From a virus (taxonomy: Duplodnaviria > Caudoviricetes), in the IMG/VR virus record IMGVR_UViG_3300014826_000005, positions 1 to 64,000 of that record: DNA of 64,000 nucleotides. One strand, 5' to 3'. How positions within the stretch are numbered: the stretch's first letter is position 1; each line of letters opens with the position of its first letter. The translations under genes were made by a program, and so were the position numbers. The notes below the pieces were generated by a model. That model was given only the letters and a program-made list of their open reading frames with translations. It was not told the origin of the DNA and did no database searches. Positions 41,778 through 52,880 of this stretch are shown in pieces.

Positions 41778-42731
41778 ATGTCAAAAGACAAAAACTATAT
41801 TTCTGATGATGTGAGGGAGTTTGCTAAAATCTCATGGAAGAAATATAAGAAACAAAACAAAGATTATTATGATTCTAAGAAGGAATTAAAGCGTTCATAT
41901 CAGGAATACTTAATTGATATGCTTCCTGATGTTATTGAATTCCTTATTAGAAAAGGACATATTAAGAATGAAGAAATTCAGGAAGTGAAGACAGCTTGTT
42001 TAATCAAGCTTAATGATCCTGATTTCGTTAAATACTTGAAGAAGGTCATCAAAGCTGATGATTACGAAATCACAAATATTAAGTTACTTCCTATTATCAT
42101 TAGAGAAATCTTACAGGAAGGTGAAAAAGCTAATACAGAATTATTAGCTAAAGATCCTAATGCTAAGACATATGAACTAGGTGATTTGGTAGAATTGTCA
42201 CAAATGATTGTGAAGAAGAAAATGAAGAAGCTGACTAAAGAAGGTATTTCTGTAAAATTAGCTTTTGATGTTTTGAGTGTTGTTCCTAGTAAGAAAGCAC
42301 TTGAAATTTCTACTCCATTTAGAATTAGAACACTCTATGGCACTTTATATGAAGATGTGAAAGCTAACGCTGTTCCATTTGATAAAATTATGGAATTAGT
42401 TGTTCCTGCTAATTATTATCCTGCTTTCATTACATTTGCATTACTTGAAAGAAAGCAGAGATTCAATGATCAGTTATCTGAATCTCAAATGAAATTATGG
42501 GCTCAGATTTCATCTTGGTGCTTTAATACAATGGAGAAATTAGATAAAGACATTATTGAAGATATTTTGAAATCTTATGTAAGAGCTCGTCGTATTGATG
42601 ATGAACAGGGTAAAGATTCTCCAAGAAGATATTCTCTTGTATCTTTATCTGAAGATGAATATCCTCGTATTGTTAAGACAGTCAATAAACTTACTGTTGC
42701 AAACGAAGCTACTAAGAAATATTTTCAGTAA
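41778..42731 (+). CDS. hypothetical protein (317 aa)
   Basis: AGGAGG RBS before MSKD; start trimmed from 41736. Confidence 0.75.
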   Translation: MSKDKNYISDDVREFAKISWKKYKKQNKDYYDSKKELKRSYQEYLIDMLPDVIEFLIRKGHIKNEEIQEVKTACLIKLNDPDFVKYLKKVIKADDYEITNIKLLPIIIREILQEGEKANTELLAKDPNAKTYELGDLVELSQMIVKKKMKKLTKEGISVKLAFDVLSVVPSKKALEISTPFRIRTLYGTLYEDVKANAVPFDKIMELVVPANYYPAFITFALLERKQRFNDQLSESQMKLWAQISSWCFNTMEKLDKDIIEDILKSYVRARRIDDEQGKDSPRRYSLVSLSEDEYPRIVKTVNKLTVANEATKKYFQ

Positions 42732-42767
42732 TTAAAATAATAAATATATTATAGGGAGAAAGTAAAA

Positions 42768-43742
42768 ATGTTAAATTCTGTAATTATTGGTGCTGCAATA
42801 GCATCTCAAGTCAATAATAAATGGGAAGCTGTTGCTGACAAGTACAATGAAAATAGATTCATCCTTGTTAATGAATCTATCAATCAAAAGATTAAACTTG
42901 GTTCAAGAGTAAAAAGTACTCTAGAAGAAGTTTATACTGGTAAAAAAGCGTCTGGATACAATATTGATGATCATATTCTTATTAGTAATAATTTCAATAA
43001 TATGAATATTAATATTATGAAAGCAAGATCTACTAAGAATAAAAAGTCAGTTGAAAATGTAGATGTTGGTCAACCTGTTACAGATGTTGCTATTGATGAA
43101 TCTTTAGTATTTATTACATTATCTAATGATGATTATACTTTAGTGCATTATGAAACATTAGGTAATGAAATCAAAGCAACTTATCAAAATAGAAGAAAAG
43201 GATATCAAGGTTGTGTTCTTACTTATCGTGAGACAAATGAAGAAAAGGTTATCCTTCTTCTTTATGTAGAAGATAATATTACACATATTATCAAGGCTAT
43301 TGCTGTTAAAGTTAATGAAAAAGGATATGTTTCATATCTTGTTGAAGATGCAACACAGGATGATTTAAATAAGATTAAAGATACAAATAAGTACCTTAAG
43401 TTTGTACACTTTAAAGTGTATATTCCTTCTAAGCAGATTCTCACTAAATGGGTATTATGTGGAGAAGAAAATGAAGATAAGGTTAAAGAATACCTTGAGA
43501 AAAATTATCCTAAGTGTGAAATGTATGTTATCCCTAATACATATTTTGGCAAAGAAGCTGATAAGACTGTTCAAGAAAAGGTTAATAATGATCTTATGGA
43601 AAAGATTACAAATAATCGTATTAGAGCAGTCACAATTTCAGGAATTAAAGTTCCTAAGAATTTCTGTATGACATATAAGATTCTTTACATGTTTGATTTT
43701 GATGTAGATAATCTTAGAACAAGTTGTATTAGAAGTAATTAA
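42768..43742 (+). CDS. hypothetical protein (324 aa)
   Basis: GGGAG RBS. Confidence 0.75.
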   Translation: MLNSVIIGAAIASQVNNKWEAVADKYNENRFILVNESINQKIKLGSRVKSTLEEVYTGKKASGYNIDDHILISNNFNNMNINIMKARSTKNKKSVENVDVGQPVTDVAIDESLVFITLSNDDYTLVHYETLGNEIKATYQNRRKGYQGCVLTYRETNEEKVILLLYVEDNITHIIKAIAVKVNEKGYVSYLVEDATQDDLNKIKDTNKYLKFVHFKVYIPSKQILTKWVLCGEENEDKVKEYLEKNYPKCEMYVIPNTYFGKEADKTVQEKVNNDLMEKITNNRIRAVTISGIKVPKNFCMTYKILYMFDFDVDNLRTSCIRSN

Positions 43743-43762
43743 TTCACGTAGATAGCCATAGT

Positions 43763-43774
43763 TATATATTATCT
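43763..43774 (+). promoter_or_regulatory. putative early phage promoter motif TATATATTATCT
   Basis: Exact motif copy. Confidence 0.6.
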
Positions 43775-43819
43775 ATGTGAAGTTAGTAAATAAAATCTAT
43801 AAATAAGGAGAAAGAGAAA

Positions 43820-44296
43820 ATGGCAAATATTAAGTCAGTTTTAAAGACTACAAAGTCTTTGACAAAGAAAGGTAAAATTAAAGGAAGAAACAAGAAAGAA
43901 ACACGAGTACTTCGTGCAGGATGTACTCATCATAGATATAATAGATCAGGCTCTAAATTAAAAGCAACTGTAAGAGTGGCAGCAGATGGAACTATCTTCT
44001 GTCCAATGTGTAAAGCAGAATTTAGTGAATCTATTATTGGACATGATGAAGCAAGAGACATCATGAACAAGGCTAAAGAAGTTCTTGATCAGAAGACTTT
44101 CATGGCTGTTGAAGCGAATGCAGGTAATGAAGCAATCGATTATCTTGTCAACTTCAAATCATTCTTCAATAAGAATACTTATAAGATGCTTGACAAAATA
44201 GATAAAGTTACTGTCAAGAAAACTGGTATTCAGAAAAAGAAGAAAAACTTTAAGAATTATGGTTCTCAATCATTTGGTGGTTGGGGTACTAGATAA
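43820..44296 (+). CDS. basic protein with a putative Zn site
   Basis: CTHH...CPMC; Lys-rich ends. Confidence 0.7.
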   Translation: MANIKSVLKTTKSLTKKGKIKGRNKKETRVLRAGCTHHRYNRSGSKLKATVRVAADGTIFCPMCKAEFSESIIGHDEARDIMNKAKEVLDQKTFMAVEANAGNEAIDYLVNFKSFFNKNTYKMLDKIDKVTVKKTGIQKKKKNFKNYGSQSFGGWGTR

Positions 44297-44604
44297 TTAA
44301 TTAATTGAAGAGATATAGAGCAATCTATATCTCTTCTACATTCTTACAACTTTTAGACGTCTATGTAAGAATGTAGGAAATGCATTTTTACTAACTTCCC
44401 TAATGAAGGTGATGAGTATAAACTTTACCACCTTCATATTTTTTTAGAGCAAAATGTGAGTAAAAAATAATATTTTAATAACATGAAAAATTTATATTTG
44501 AATAAAAATAGTGTCTTACGAACTACTATAGGTAGAACTATATTTTCGTGATAACATATTTGTAACGCAGAAAAATATCTGTTAGAGAGAAAGGAGAATA
44601 TACA

Positions 44605-47115
44605 ATGGTAGTGAAAGACGCCAAAATGTATTATTTAGAAGAAGATATACAAAAAGTTCAAGTGAAAACGAATATGTATATCAATGAATATGGTGAAGCT
44701 GGAGCATTTCATCTTGCAAGAGAGATTATTCAAAACTCTTTTGATGAGTGTTTAGATGATGATAGCCCAGGTGACACAATTGAAATTTCTTATGATAGAA
44801 AAACGGATATTCTAACATCAAGTGATAATGGAAGATCATTTAATGAGTCAGAATATCCAATGAATATATTTGTAACCACTTTGCAAAGTGGTAGTAAATT
44901 CTTTAGAGACAGTGGAGCTGCATCAGCAGGGGAGTTTGGTGTAGGTCTAACTGTAGTCAATGCTTTAAGTGATATCTTTAAAATCACTGCTTATAGAGCA
45001 GTAGAGAAAACGAAACATGTTCTTGAATATCAAGAAGGTCAACTTATTAAAGATAAGATAACATCTAATAAATCTGGACAGCATGGAACTGTTGTAGAAT
45101 TTCGTGTGAGTAAAAAATATATGGGAGATGAAGCAAAACTTCCTATTGAAGATGTTGTTAAATGGGTAGAATCATTATTCTATCTCGATTCCGATAAATT
45201 AAAGCATAAGCATATTAAAGCGATTATTTCCATCTATAATGGTGTCAAATTAGAGAAAGTCTATAAGTTTAAACCTCGACCATTTTCTGATTTATTATCA
45301 CAAATCATTCCTGCCAATATCAAAAAGAGTCATCTTACAGATATATGTGAATTTGATGGTAAGAAAATGATTGTTGAAGATACGAAGACACTTGTTGACA
45401 ATAAAGATGGAAGTACAACAGTAGAAAATGTCCAAGTTGAAAAAGAATTACATATGGACATTGCTTTCTGTTATACAACAAGTGTAGACATGAATGATAA
45501 TGCAACTTACAATACATTCTGTAATTACACGAATACGATTGAAAATGGTTCTCATTTAACAGCATTTGATGAAGCTTATTGTCGTTTTATGCAAAATGCA
45601 ACTAATGCGACAATGAGTGAGAATCAACGTAATAAACTCAAAATAACATGGGATGATGTAAGAACAAATTTATTCTGTGTACTTAATTTAACAACAAATG
45701 CTGCTGTTGGTTTTGTGGGTAATGCAAAAATGAGTATCAATGCACCATCTCTAGAACCTTATATGAAAGAGATTGTAACGGATGGTTTGACAAAGTATTT
45801 TAAACACCATCAATCTTTACTTGAAACATTGTGTAAGTTAATCAAGTTAAATGCAAAAGCACGACTTGAAGCAAGTAAAGCGAAAGCAGCTTCGCAAACT
45901 GAACGCATGAATTCCTTTAAAGAACATGCTATGAGTAATTATATTCGTCCTAATAATACAGGAAAGCAATTTAAAGTTCTTTATATTACTGAAGGAGATT
46001 CAGCAGCAAGTGCCTGTCGTAATGGGTCTGATCCAGATATTGAAGGATTTTTCTTATTACGAGGTGTTCCTGCTAATGCTATGAAATGTAATTTATCACA
46101 AATTATGGAAAATCGAGAATTTAGAGATTTAACAACAATTCTTCGTTGTGGTATTGGTGATAAATGTGATCCTAATAAATTATATTTTGATCGTATCAAT
46201 ATCTTTACCGATGCTGATATTGATGGTTATAATATCTCTGCAAGTTTATTAGCATTCTTCTATAAGTTTATGCGACCTATTATTGAAGCTGGTAAACTTT
46301 ATAAAGTTTATTCACCTTTATATCGTTTAAGTGATAAGAATCATCGCTATGTTGCCAATAAGGCAGAACTTATAGAACTCTATCATGATAATATCGTTAA
46401 AGCGTATAAGGTAAAAAGTGAAAAGAGTTCTTCTTATATGAGCAAGAAAGAATTAAAAGAATTCTTGACAGATACTTATGATTATTCAGAAGATTTGATT
46501 CGTGCATCTAATGATAGTGGACGCATCAATAAATTCCTTATTGAATCAATCATTGCTTATTTAACATTATTCAATATTGTAAGAAGTGAATCTGATCATG
46601 AAGATTTGGATACAATCTTTAATAATCAAAAACTTATTAAATCATTGATGAGTAAAATTCAAAAGAAGTTTAAAGAAATTACTGTTGATAATACAGGACG
46701 TTTCTCAGGTATTGTGGATGGACGTTATGCCATTATCAAAGTCAATTCACGCTTCTTAAAGAAGACATCTACACTTATTGATATTTATAAGAAATATGGT
46801 TACATCTTAACAATTAAAGATATTAAATCTGGAAAAGAATCAAAAATGTCTATTGCTGAATTCTTAGACTCATGTGTTAAACTTCAACCTCATATAGAAG
46901 AGCGTTTTAAAGGGTTGGGGGAATTAAATGCTGATGAGCTTTATATGACAACATTGGATTTGAATAATGCCATTTCAACACAATTTACTATTGATGATGT
47001 AAAACGAGAATTAGATATCTTTAATCTTACCCACAGTGGAAGTACTAAAGATGCTCAAAGACGTAAGAAGATGATGAAAGCATATAAGATTCGTCGTGAA
47101 GATTTGGATAACTAA
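44605..47115 (+). CDS. gyrB: DNA gyrase / type IIA topoisomerase subunit B
   Basis: GHKL EIIQNSFDE and GEFGVGLTVVNALS; TOPRIM ITEGDSA and FTDADIDG; RFKGLGE. Confidence 0.95.
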   Translation: MVVKDAKMYYLEEDIQKVQVKTNMYINEYGEAGAFHLAREIIQNSFDECLDDDSPGDTIEISYDRKTDILTSSDNGRSFNESEYPMNIFVTTLQSGSKFFRDSGAASAGEFGVGLTVVNALSDIFKITAYRAVEKTKHVLEYQEGQLIKDKITSNKSGQHGTVVEFRVSKKYMGDEAKLPIEDVVKWVESLFYLDSDKLKHKHIKAIISIYNGVKLEKVYKFKPRPFSDLLSQIIPANIKKSHLTDICEFDGKKMIVEDTKTLVDNKDGSTTVENVQVEKELHMDIAFCYTTSVDMNDNATYNTFCNYTNTIENGSHLTAFDEAYCRFMQNATNATMSENQRNKLKITWDDVRTNLFCVLNLTTNAAVGFVGNAKMSINAPSLEPYMKEIVTDGLTKYFKHHQSLLETLCKLIKLNAKARLEASKAKAASQTERMNSFKEHAMSNYIRPNNTGKQFKVLYITEGDSAASACRNGSDPDIEGFFLLRGVPANAMKCNLSQIMENREFRDLTTILRCGIGDKCDPNKLYFDRINIFTDADIDGYNISASLLAFFYKFMRPIIEAGKLYKVYSPLYRLSDKNHRYVANKAELIELYHDNIVKAYKVKSEKSSSYMSKKELKEFLTDTYDYSEDLIRASNDSGRINKFLIESIIAYLTLFNIVRSESDHEDLDTIFNNQKLIKSLMSKIQKKFKEITVDNTGRFSGIVDGRYAIIKVNSRFLKKTSTLIDIYKKYGYILTIKDIKSGKESKMSIAEFLDSCVKLQPHIEERFKGLGELNADELYMTTLDLNNAISTQFTIDDVKRELDIFNLTHSGSTKDAQRRKKMMKAYKIRREDLDN

Positions 47116-47132
47116 AAAGGAGATGTTCTATT

Positions 47133-49607
47133 ATGGGTAAGAAGAAGAAAAAATCATCAATTCTCTTTGATGAGAATGGAAAGATTGGTAATGAAGTCAT
47201 TACACAAATGAATGTTGCTGATGCAGATTTAAACTATATCCAATTATTTGCAGCAAATAAAAATCTCTATCGAACAATCTCTTCTTTACAAGATGGACTC
47301 AAACCAGGTAAAAGAAGATTGTTTTATAGTTGGTGGGAAAAAGAAGGGAAACCACAAAATACAAATCCAGCCACATTAAAGAAATTAAAGTTTTATAAAG
47401 TATCAGAATTAGCAGCTGGTGTTGTAAAATATCATCCGCATGGTGATGCGAATATGTCTGATCTCATTGGACGTGAAGGTCAATATTGGAATAATAATGT
47501 TATGACAGTTGTCCCTCATGGATCTTATGGAAATATGCGTGGTGATGTACCAGCAGCTGGAAGATATCGTACAGCAAAAATAAGTGAGTACATGATTGAT
47601 TGTTTCTTTGATGATTTCAATAAGTATTGTGTACCAATGAAACTAAGCTACAATGGTGTGGATTATGAACCAGAATATTTCCCTAGTAAATATCCTAATA
47701 TCTTATTCAATCCTCAATTTAGTGGTATTGGATTTGGTATGGCAAGTAATATCCCACCATTTAATGTAAAAGAAGTTTTAGAAGCTACGATTAAGCTTAT
47801 GAAAAATCCTAAAGCAAAAATCTTATTGATTCCTGATTCACCAACAGGTTGTGATGTACTTGATGAAGGTTTATTTAAAGCTATTAATAAGACAGGACAA
47901 GCTAAAGTAACTTTTAGAGCAACTACAGAAATTGATTATGTAGAAAACAAAATTCATGTCTCATCACTTCCTATTAATAGTAGTTCTAAAGCTGTTATTA
48001 ATAAGATTACTGTCCTTAAAACAACTAAGGTAAAAAATGGAGAAAATATCTTTGAAGATATTATTGAAATTAAAGATAGTACAAAAGAAGGAGAAGTTGA
48101 TTTAGATATTTATCTTAAACCAGAAGCGAAAGCTGATAAAATCTTAGCAGCTCTTTATAAGAAGAATATTGGTTTAAAATCTACATTCCCTGTTGGCATT
48201 ACAGTTATTGATGATTATAAAGAATATGAATACGGTGTAAAGGATTTGTTATTAGAATGGATTGAATATCGTAGAGATGCTGTAAGAAGTATGCATTTAA
48301 ATAATCTTCGTATTATTATGGAAAAGATTCATATGAATGATGTCCTTCTTATGGTCTTCAACAAGGATAATATCAATACAACGATTCGTATATCTCGTAA
48401 TGCTAAGAATAAGAAAGAGATGATGGAAAAGTTAATGTCAACATTCCATATTACTTCTCTTCAAGCATCTACTATTGCTGATATGCATATTTATCAATTC
48501 AATAAAGATATCTATGCGAAGTTTAAAGAAGAAAAGAAATCTCTTGCTGATGAACTTAAGAAAATTGAATCTATTTTATCAAGTGATAAAAATATTGATG
48601 CTTTCATCATTGATCAACTTAATGAAGGTATTAAGAAGTATGGACGACCAAGAAAAAGTAAGGTTGTTAAAGAAGATGATAGTGGAAATGAAAATATTCC
48701 TGATACAGAACACCTTGTAGGAATTTCTGAATCTGGATATATTAAGAAATTATCATTAAAGAATAATGACAGTATTGGTGTTGTGGGTACAACAAATAGT
48801 ACACTTAACGTACTTCAATTGAATAATAGAGAAAATCTTCTTGTCATTGATTCTAAAGGATATATTACAAAAGTTTCTATTTCAGCTATTCCTAATATGA
48901 ATTATGATGAGGTTGGTGTGGAACTTAATAAGTTCTTTAATATCAAAGGAACGATTAAAGCTGTTATGGAACTTCCATCTATGGATATTCTTAAAGTAAG
49001 AGAAAACTTTAGCATACTCTTTATTACACGTAATGGTATTGGTAAGAAAGTGAAAATGAATGAATTTAAGAATCTTGCTGATACAAAAATAGGTATTAAA
49101 CTTAATAAAGGTGATGAAGTTGCAGCAGCAATATTTGTTTTGGATGATAGTGATAACGATGTCATTGTAGCAACAAATAAAGGTGATGGCATTAGAATTC
49201 GTATTTCTGATTTTAAAACATATTCACCTTCTGCTAAAGGAACGAAAATTATTTCTCTTAAAGAAAATGAACATGTTGTATCATTAAGTAAGATTAATCC
49301 TAATCAAAAACTTCTATTCTATGTAACAAATTCAGGTAGAGTTAAAGTCACTGAATTAAAATATTTCCCTAGAATGAAATTAACAGATTCATCTTTATCT
49401 CTTATTTCATTACAAGGTAATGAAGATTTAATCGGTGTAGCTTCTGTTAATAAGAACGATGCTGTTATTATCTATAAGAAGAAATCAAACTTTGAAACGC
49501 TTTATATTAAAGATTTAGAAATCTCTATGAGAAGTAGTAAAGGACAAAAGTTAATTAAAACACCTCAAGGAGATAAAGTTGTTGCTTATAAAATCTTTAA
49601 GAAATAA
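47133..49607 (+). CDS. gyrA: DNA gyrase / type IIA topoisomerase subunit A
   Basis: DGLKPGKRR, YHPHGD, AAGRY catalytic Tyr; C-terminal pinwheel repeats. Confidence 0.95.
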   Translation: MGKKKKKSSILFDENGKIGNEVITQMNVADADLNYIQLFAANKNLYRTISSLQDGLKPGKRRLFYSWWEKEGKPQNTNPATLKKLKFYKVSELAAGVVKYHPHGDANMSDLIGREGQYWNNNVMTVVPHGSYGNMRGDVPAAGRYRTAKISEYMIDCFFDDFNKYCVPMKLSYNGVDYEPEYFPSKYPNILFNPQFSGIGFGMASNIPPFNVKEVLEATIKLMKNPKAKILLIPDSPTGCDVLDEGLFKAINKTGQAKVTFRATTEIDYVENKIHVSSLPINSSSKAVINKITVLKTTKVKNGENIFEDIIEIKDSTKEGEVDLDIYLKPEAKADKILAALYKKNIGLKSTFPVGITVIDDYKEYEYGVKDLLLEWIEYRRDAVRSMHLNNLRIIMEKIHMNDVLLMVFNKDNINTTIRISRNAKNKKEMMEKLMSTFHITSLQASTIADMHIYQFNKDIYAKFKEEKKSLADELKKIESILSSDKNIDAFIIDQLNEGIKKYGRPRKSKVVKEDDSGNENIPDTEHLVGISESGYIKKLSLKNNDSIGVVGTTNSTLNVLQLNNRENLLVIDSKGYITKVSISAIPNMNYDEVGVELNKFFNIKGTIKAVMELPSMDILKVRENFSILFITRNGIGKKVKMNEFKNLADTKIGIKLNKGDEVAAAIFVLDDSDNDVIVATNKGDGIRIRISDFKTYSPSAKGTKIISLKENEHVVSLSKINPNQKLLFYVTNSGRVKVTELKYFPRMKLTDSSLSLISLQGNEDLIGVASVNKNDAVIIYKKKSNFETLYIKDLEISMRSSKGQKLIKTPQGDKVVAYKIFKK

Positions 49608-49844
49608 TAATTATTAATTATTTTACAAACTATTATTTATGGGTGAAGAACTTTTATATATGAATAGGCAAACCAAGTCATTCACTCATACTCCTATTTC
49701 TTATATTGTGAATATAAATACATATAAGAATATAATGCATAAAGATATAAGAACATGTCGTGGTAGCATGTTCTTATATCATTTTTTTTATAAAAAAAGA
49801 AATAGATATACTGAAATAATTCAGTATATCTATTATAAAGGTTT

Positions 49845-50969
49845 TTATTCAACAATCTGGAACCAAAGACCTTCGCCAGTGAATGTAGGTTCATCAGCAG
49901 AAACCTTTGCTTCTAATACGTTGTCTAACTTAGCAGCATATGCAGCTGACATTACACCATTCTGAGAAGCTGAAGCTAATGTAGCAGCATTCTGAGGAGT
50001 GTAACCTAATTTATCCTTGATAACTGCATCTGTAACATATTTATCTACTAAATTAGTACCATTTAAGTTTTCAACATTACTTAATCCAACATCAGCAGCA
50101 GTTGTTCCATGTGGGTTAGTAGCAGACTTACCTTCAGCCTGTGGATGAGTGTAAACTAATGTTTCAGCACCATTAATCTTTATATAGCCGTTCTTTTCTG
50201 AAGCTTCAGTTAAAGTAGCATCAACTCTTGCATGAGCAGCCTGTGAGTGGTCATAAGCAACCTTACCACGAGCACCATCAAATGCAGTAGAAGAAGTTTC
50301 ACCTAAAGCTAATGTTTCAGAGATAACAACGAACTTAGAACCAGACCAACGATAAGTCTTTTCTGAAGCACCATCACCAACTGCATCAACATAGATTTTA
50401 CCTGTTTCTGGTGTAACTGGTGAATTATCAGCTAATGTTGCAGTTGCTAAATCTGCACCCATCTTAACTTCAACAACGTCATCAACGTATGAAGGTAACT
50501 GAGTAGCAGGTACGAAACCGTTTTCGTCAAGTGTTGCAACACCAGTAACGCCATCAGCAGTCTTAGCACCTAACTGAGTCTTCTTAACATAAGTACCATC
50601 AGCAGCTGTAGTTAAAGCAGTAACAGCATCCTGTACTTTCTTAACTGCACTAGCAGTTGCTGCTACTGTATCATCTGCAACGTTAGTTGCGTTAGATAAC
50701 TTAACAACACCAGCTTTTTCTAATGTAGCTGACTGGATAGTAGCCCATGTATTATCGTTTCTTAAGAAACGTAAGTTATCAGCAGTTTCAAGTTCAGGTA
50801 CATGATTACCATGTTCTTTAAGAGCTAAAGTTGCAACGATTTCATCAATGTTACGACCTTTGGCATCATACACGTTAGTACTCTTAGTTAATGGATAAAT
50901 AGGAGTATTTTTTGCACCGACTTTTTGATTAATAATAATATTTAAGCCTGTTTGTAATTCTTTAGCCAT
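49845..50969 (-). CDS. short tail-fibre-like protein, paralogous to part of the long fibre
   Basis: Shares LDENG...QLPSYVDD...YTHP (about 125 aa) with 58685-62938; late motif at 51055-51066; start trimmed to MAKE. Confidence 0.7.
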   Translation of the reverse strand: MAKELQTGLNIIINQKVGAKNTPIYPLTKSTNVYDAKGRNIDEIVATLALKEHGNHVPELETADNLRFLRNDNTWATIQSATLEKAGVVKLSNATNVADDTVAATASAVKKVQDAVTALTTAADGTYVKKTQLGAKTADGVTGVATLDENGFVPATQLPSYVDDVVEVKMGADLATATLADNSPVTPETGKIYVDAVGDGASEKTYRWSGSKFVVISETLALGETSSTAFDGARGKVAYDHSQAAHARVDATLTEASEKNGYIKINGAETLVYTHPQAEGKSATNPHGTTAADVGLSNVENLNGTNLVDKYVTDAVIKDKLGYTPQNAATLASASQNGVMSAAYAAKLDNVLEAKVSADEPTFTGEGLWFQIVE

Positions 50970-51194
50970 TGTAAAATTAAGTCCTTTCACTTTATTTTTC
51001 TCTATATAAATATATCACTTATAACGAGTGATATATTCATTTTGAGTTGAGATTTATTATAATGTTCCTTTTTTTGTCGTGTTAATATAGTATAGCAATG
51101 TATTTTATGCATTATTTTAACATAAAAACAACTTATTAAGCTATTTACTTATATAATAAGTAGAATAAACCTAAAGAAAGTGAGGTGCACATAA

Positions 51195-52868
51195 ATGGCT
51201 ATAGTAGATGTAGAAAAAATCATTAATGGTACGCCTATTAAAAGATTTTTTAATGCTTACGAAGCAATGAAAGAAAACTATAACGAAGAAACAGCTAAAG
51301 TTTTTTATAATTTTCTTTCATCTCTACCTACTTCTATGGTTTTAGAAAATTCACGTTATATTTTCTCTGAACCAATGTATGGGTATGAATTCTATAGAAG
51401 ATTGATTTTTGATCCATGCTTTGTGAATTTTACATCATTGGAAATTGAACATGAGAAAGTGTTGAATTTTCTAAATGAAAATGGTTCAAAGATGGGTGAA
51501 CATCAAAAAGAACTTTATGTCACATTAGAAGAAAAAATGAATCAATTGATTCAGAAAACAAAAAATATTCGAGCTATAGCAGAATATTTTAATACGAAGT
51601 ATGACCATTTAGAGGCTAAATTATCTGATAGTGATAATCCCCAAAATGTTATCCTAGAGACAAATGACCCAATAGTGAATATTTTGTATGCTCCATTTAT
51701 CGGTTTAAGTGAAGAACTTTATAATTCATTATTAGACCAATCTGGTATTAGTGATGAATTAAAGAAGCTTCCTAACTCACTAGAAAAGTGGAGAAATTAT
51801 GTTGATACTTGTATTGCTGCTAAATGCTTATATCAGGATGAACTTTATCAAGACAGAGTATCTTCTGAAAATAGAAAATATCGTGCTCTTTATGATTATT
51901 TTTCTAGTCAGGATGTTATGAAATCTCTTGATGATTTTATCACTGTGAAAGAAAAAACTCCATTCACTTATGAATCAGCAGAGCTAGCTATTAATAATCT
52001 TTTTATTATGACAGAAATGTCTGACCTTTATAAAGATGAAGATGCTCAAGAAAAAAAGATGAATGAGAGTGCAAGAGAAATTGTAGAAGCATCTACAATG
52101 AATTTTCTTACAGCTTGTTATCAATCATATGAATCAACTGAAGATCTTGCAAAAGGATTTGATTTATTAGATTCTGAAATCGATCATCCCGTTTCTGTGG
52201 AAGAGGGTATGAATTATATGATTACCCACTATCCCTTTCTTGGTGAATTCACAGAAGCAGTAGAAGAAGATAGTGATGAAGAAATTGATAAATTAGAAAA
52301 AGACGCTGTAGGTAAACCCAACGACCAAAACACTGTCACAAAACCTAAAGAAAAAAACTTAGCAACAAAAATTCAGCACAGTGCTATGGATAAAGAAGCT
52401 AAGCAGATGCAGAAATCAGCTATTCGTAAACAGAAAGCTCAAGAAATTCTTAATGCTGGTAAAGCTGTTATCCAACTTCCAATGAATGTTGTTAAGAGTA
52501 TTGGTGATGTCGTCGGCAAGATTGGTAAAATGGACGATAAACGTCGTAAAGATTATATAAAAGAACCTGGTTTTAGAAAAAAGATTTTTAGAAATTTAAA
52601 ACTTGCTCTTCTTTATGGAACGGCTGCTCAAATTAAATTAGCATTAGTTCCTGTTACTATGGTGATTCGTCATTTTAGTAAGGATAAAAATATTCGTATT
52701 CGTAATGAATTAGTACGTGAATTAAATACAGAAATTAAAATTACTGATTCGAAAATTGAAGATGCTAATAGTGCTGATGATAAAAAAGAAAAATATCGTC
52801 TTATGAGAATAAGAGATGAACTTGAAGCTGAAATGCTTCGTGTTAAGACTAATAGTAAATATATTTAG
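51195..52868 (+). CDS. probable head-associated protein (557 aa)
   Basis: Late motif at 51127-51138; upstream of the capsid; FTEA-type motif. Confidence 0.6.
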   Translation: MAIVDVEKIINGTPIKRFFNAYEAMKENYNEETAKVFYNFLSSLPTSMVLENSRYIFSEPMYGYEFYRRLIFDPCFVNFTSLEIEHEKVLNFLNENGSKMGEHQKELYVTLEEKMNQLIQKTKNIRAIAEYFNTKYDHLEAKLSDSDNPQNVILETNDPIVNILYAPFIGLSEELYNSLLDQSGISDELKKLPNSLEKWRNYVDTCIAAKCLYQDELYQDRVSSENRKYRALYDYFSSQDVMKSLDDFITVKEKTPFTYESAELAINNLFIMTEMSDLYKDEDAQEKKMNESAREIVEASTMNFLTACYQSYESTEDLAKGFDLLDSEIDHPVSVEEGMNYMITHYPFLGEFTEAVEEDSDEEIDKLEKDAVGKPNDQNTVTKPKEKNLATKIQHSAMDKEAKQMQKSAIRKQKAQEILNAGKAVIQLPMNVVKSIGDVVGKIGKMDDKRRKDYIKEPGFRKKIFRNLKLALLYGTAAQIKLALVPVTMVIRHFSKDKNIRIRNELVRELNTEIKITDSKIEDANSADDKKEKYRLMRIRDELEAEMLRVKTNSKYI

Positions 52869-52880
52869 GAGTGATGAATT

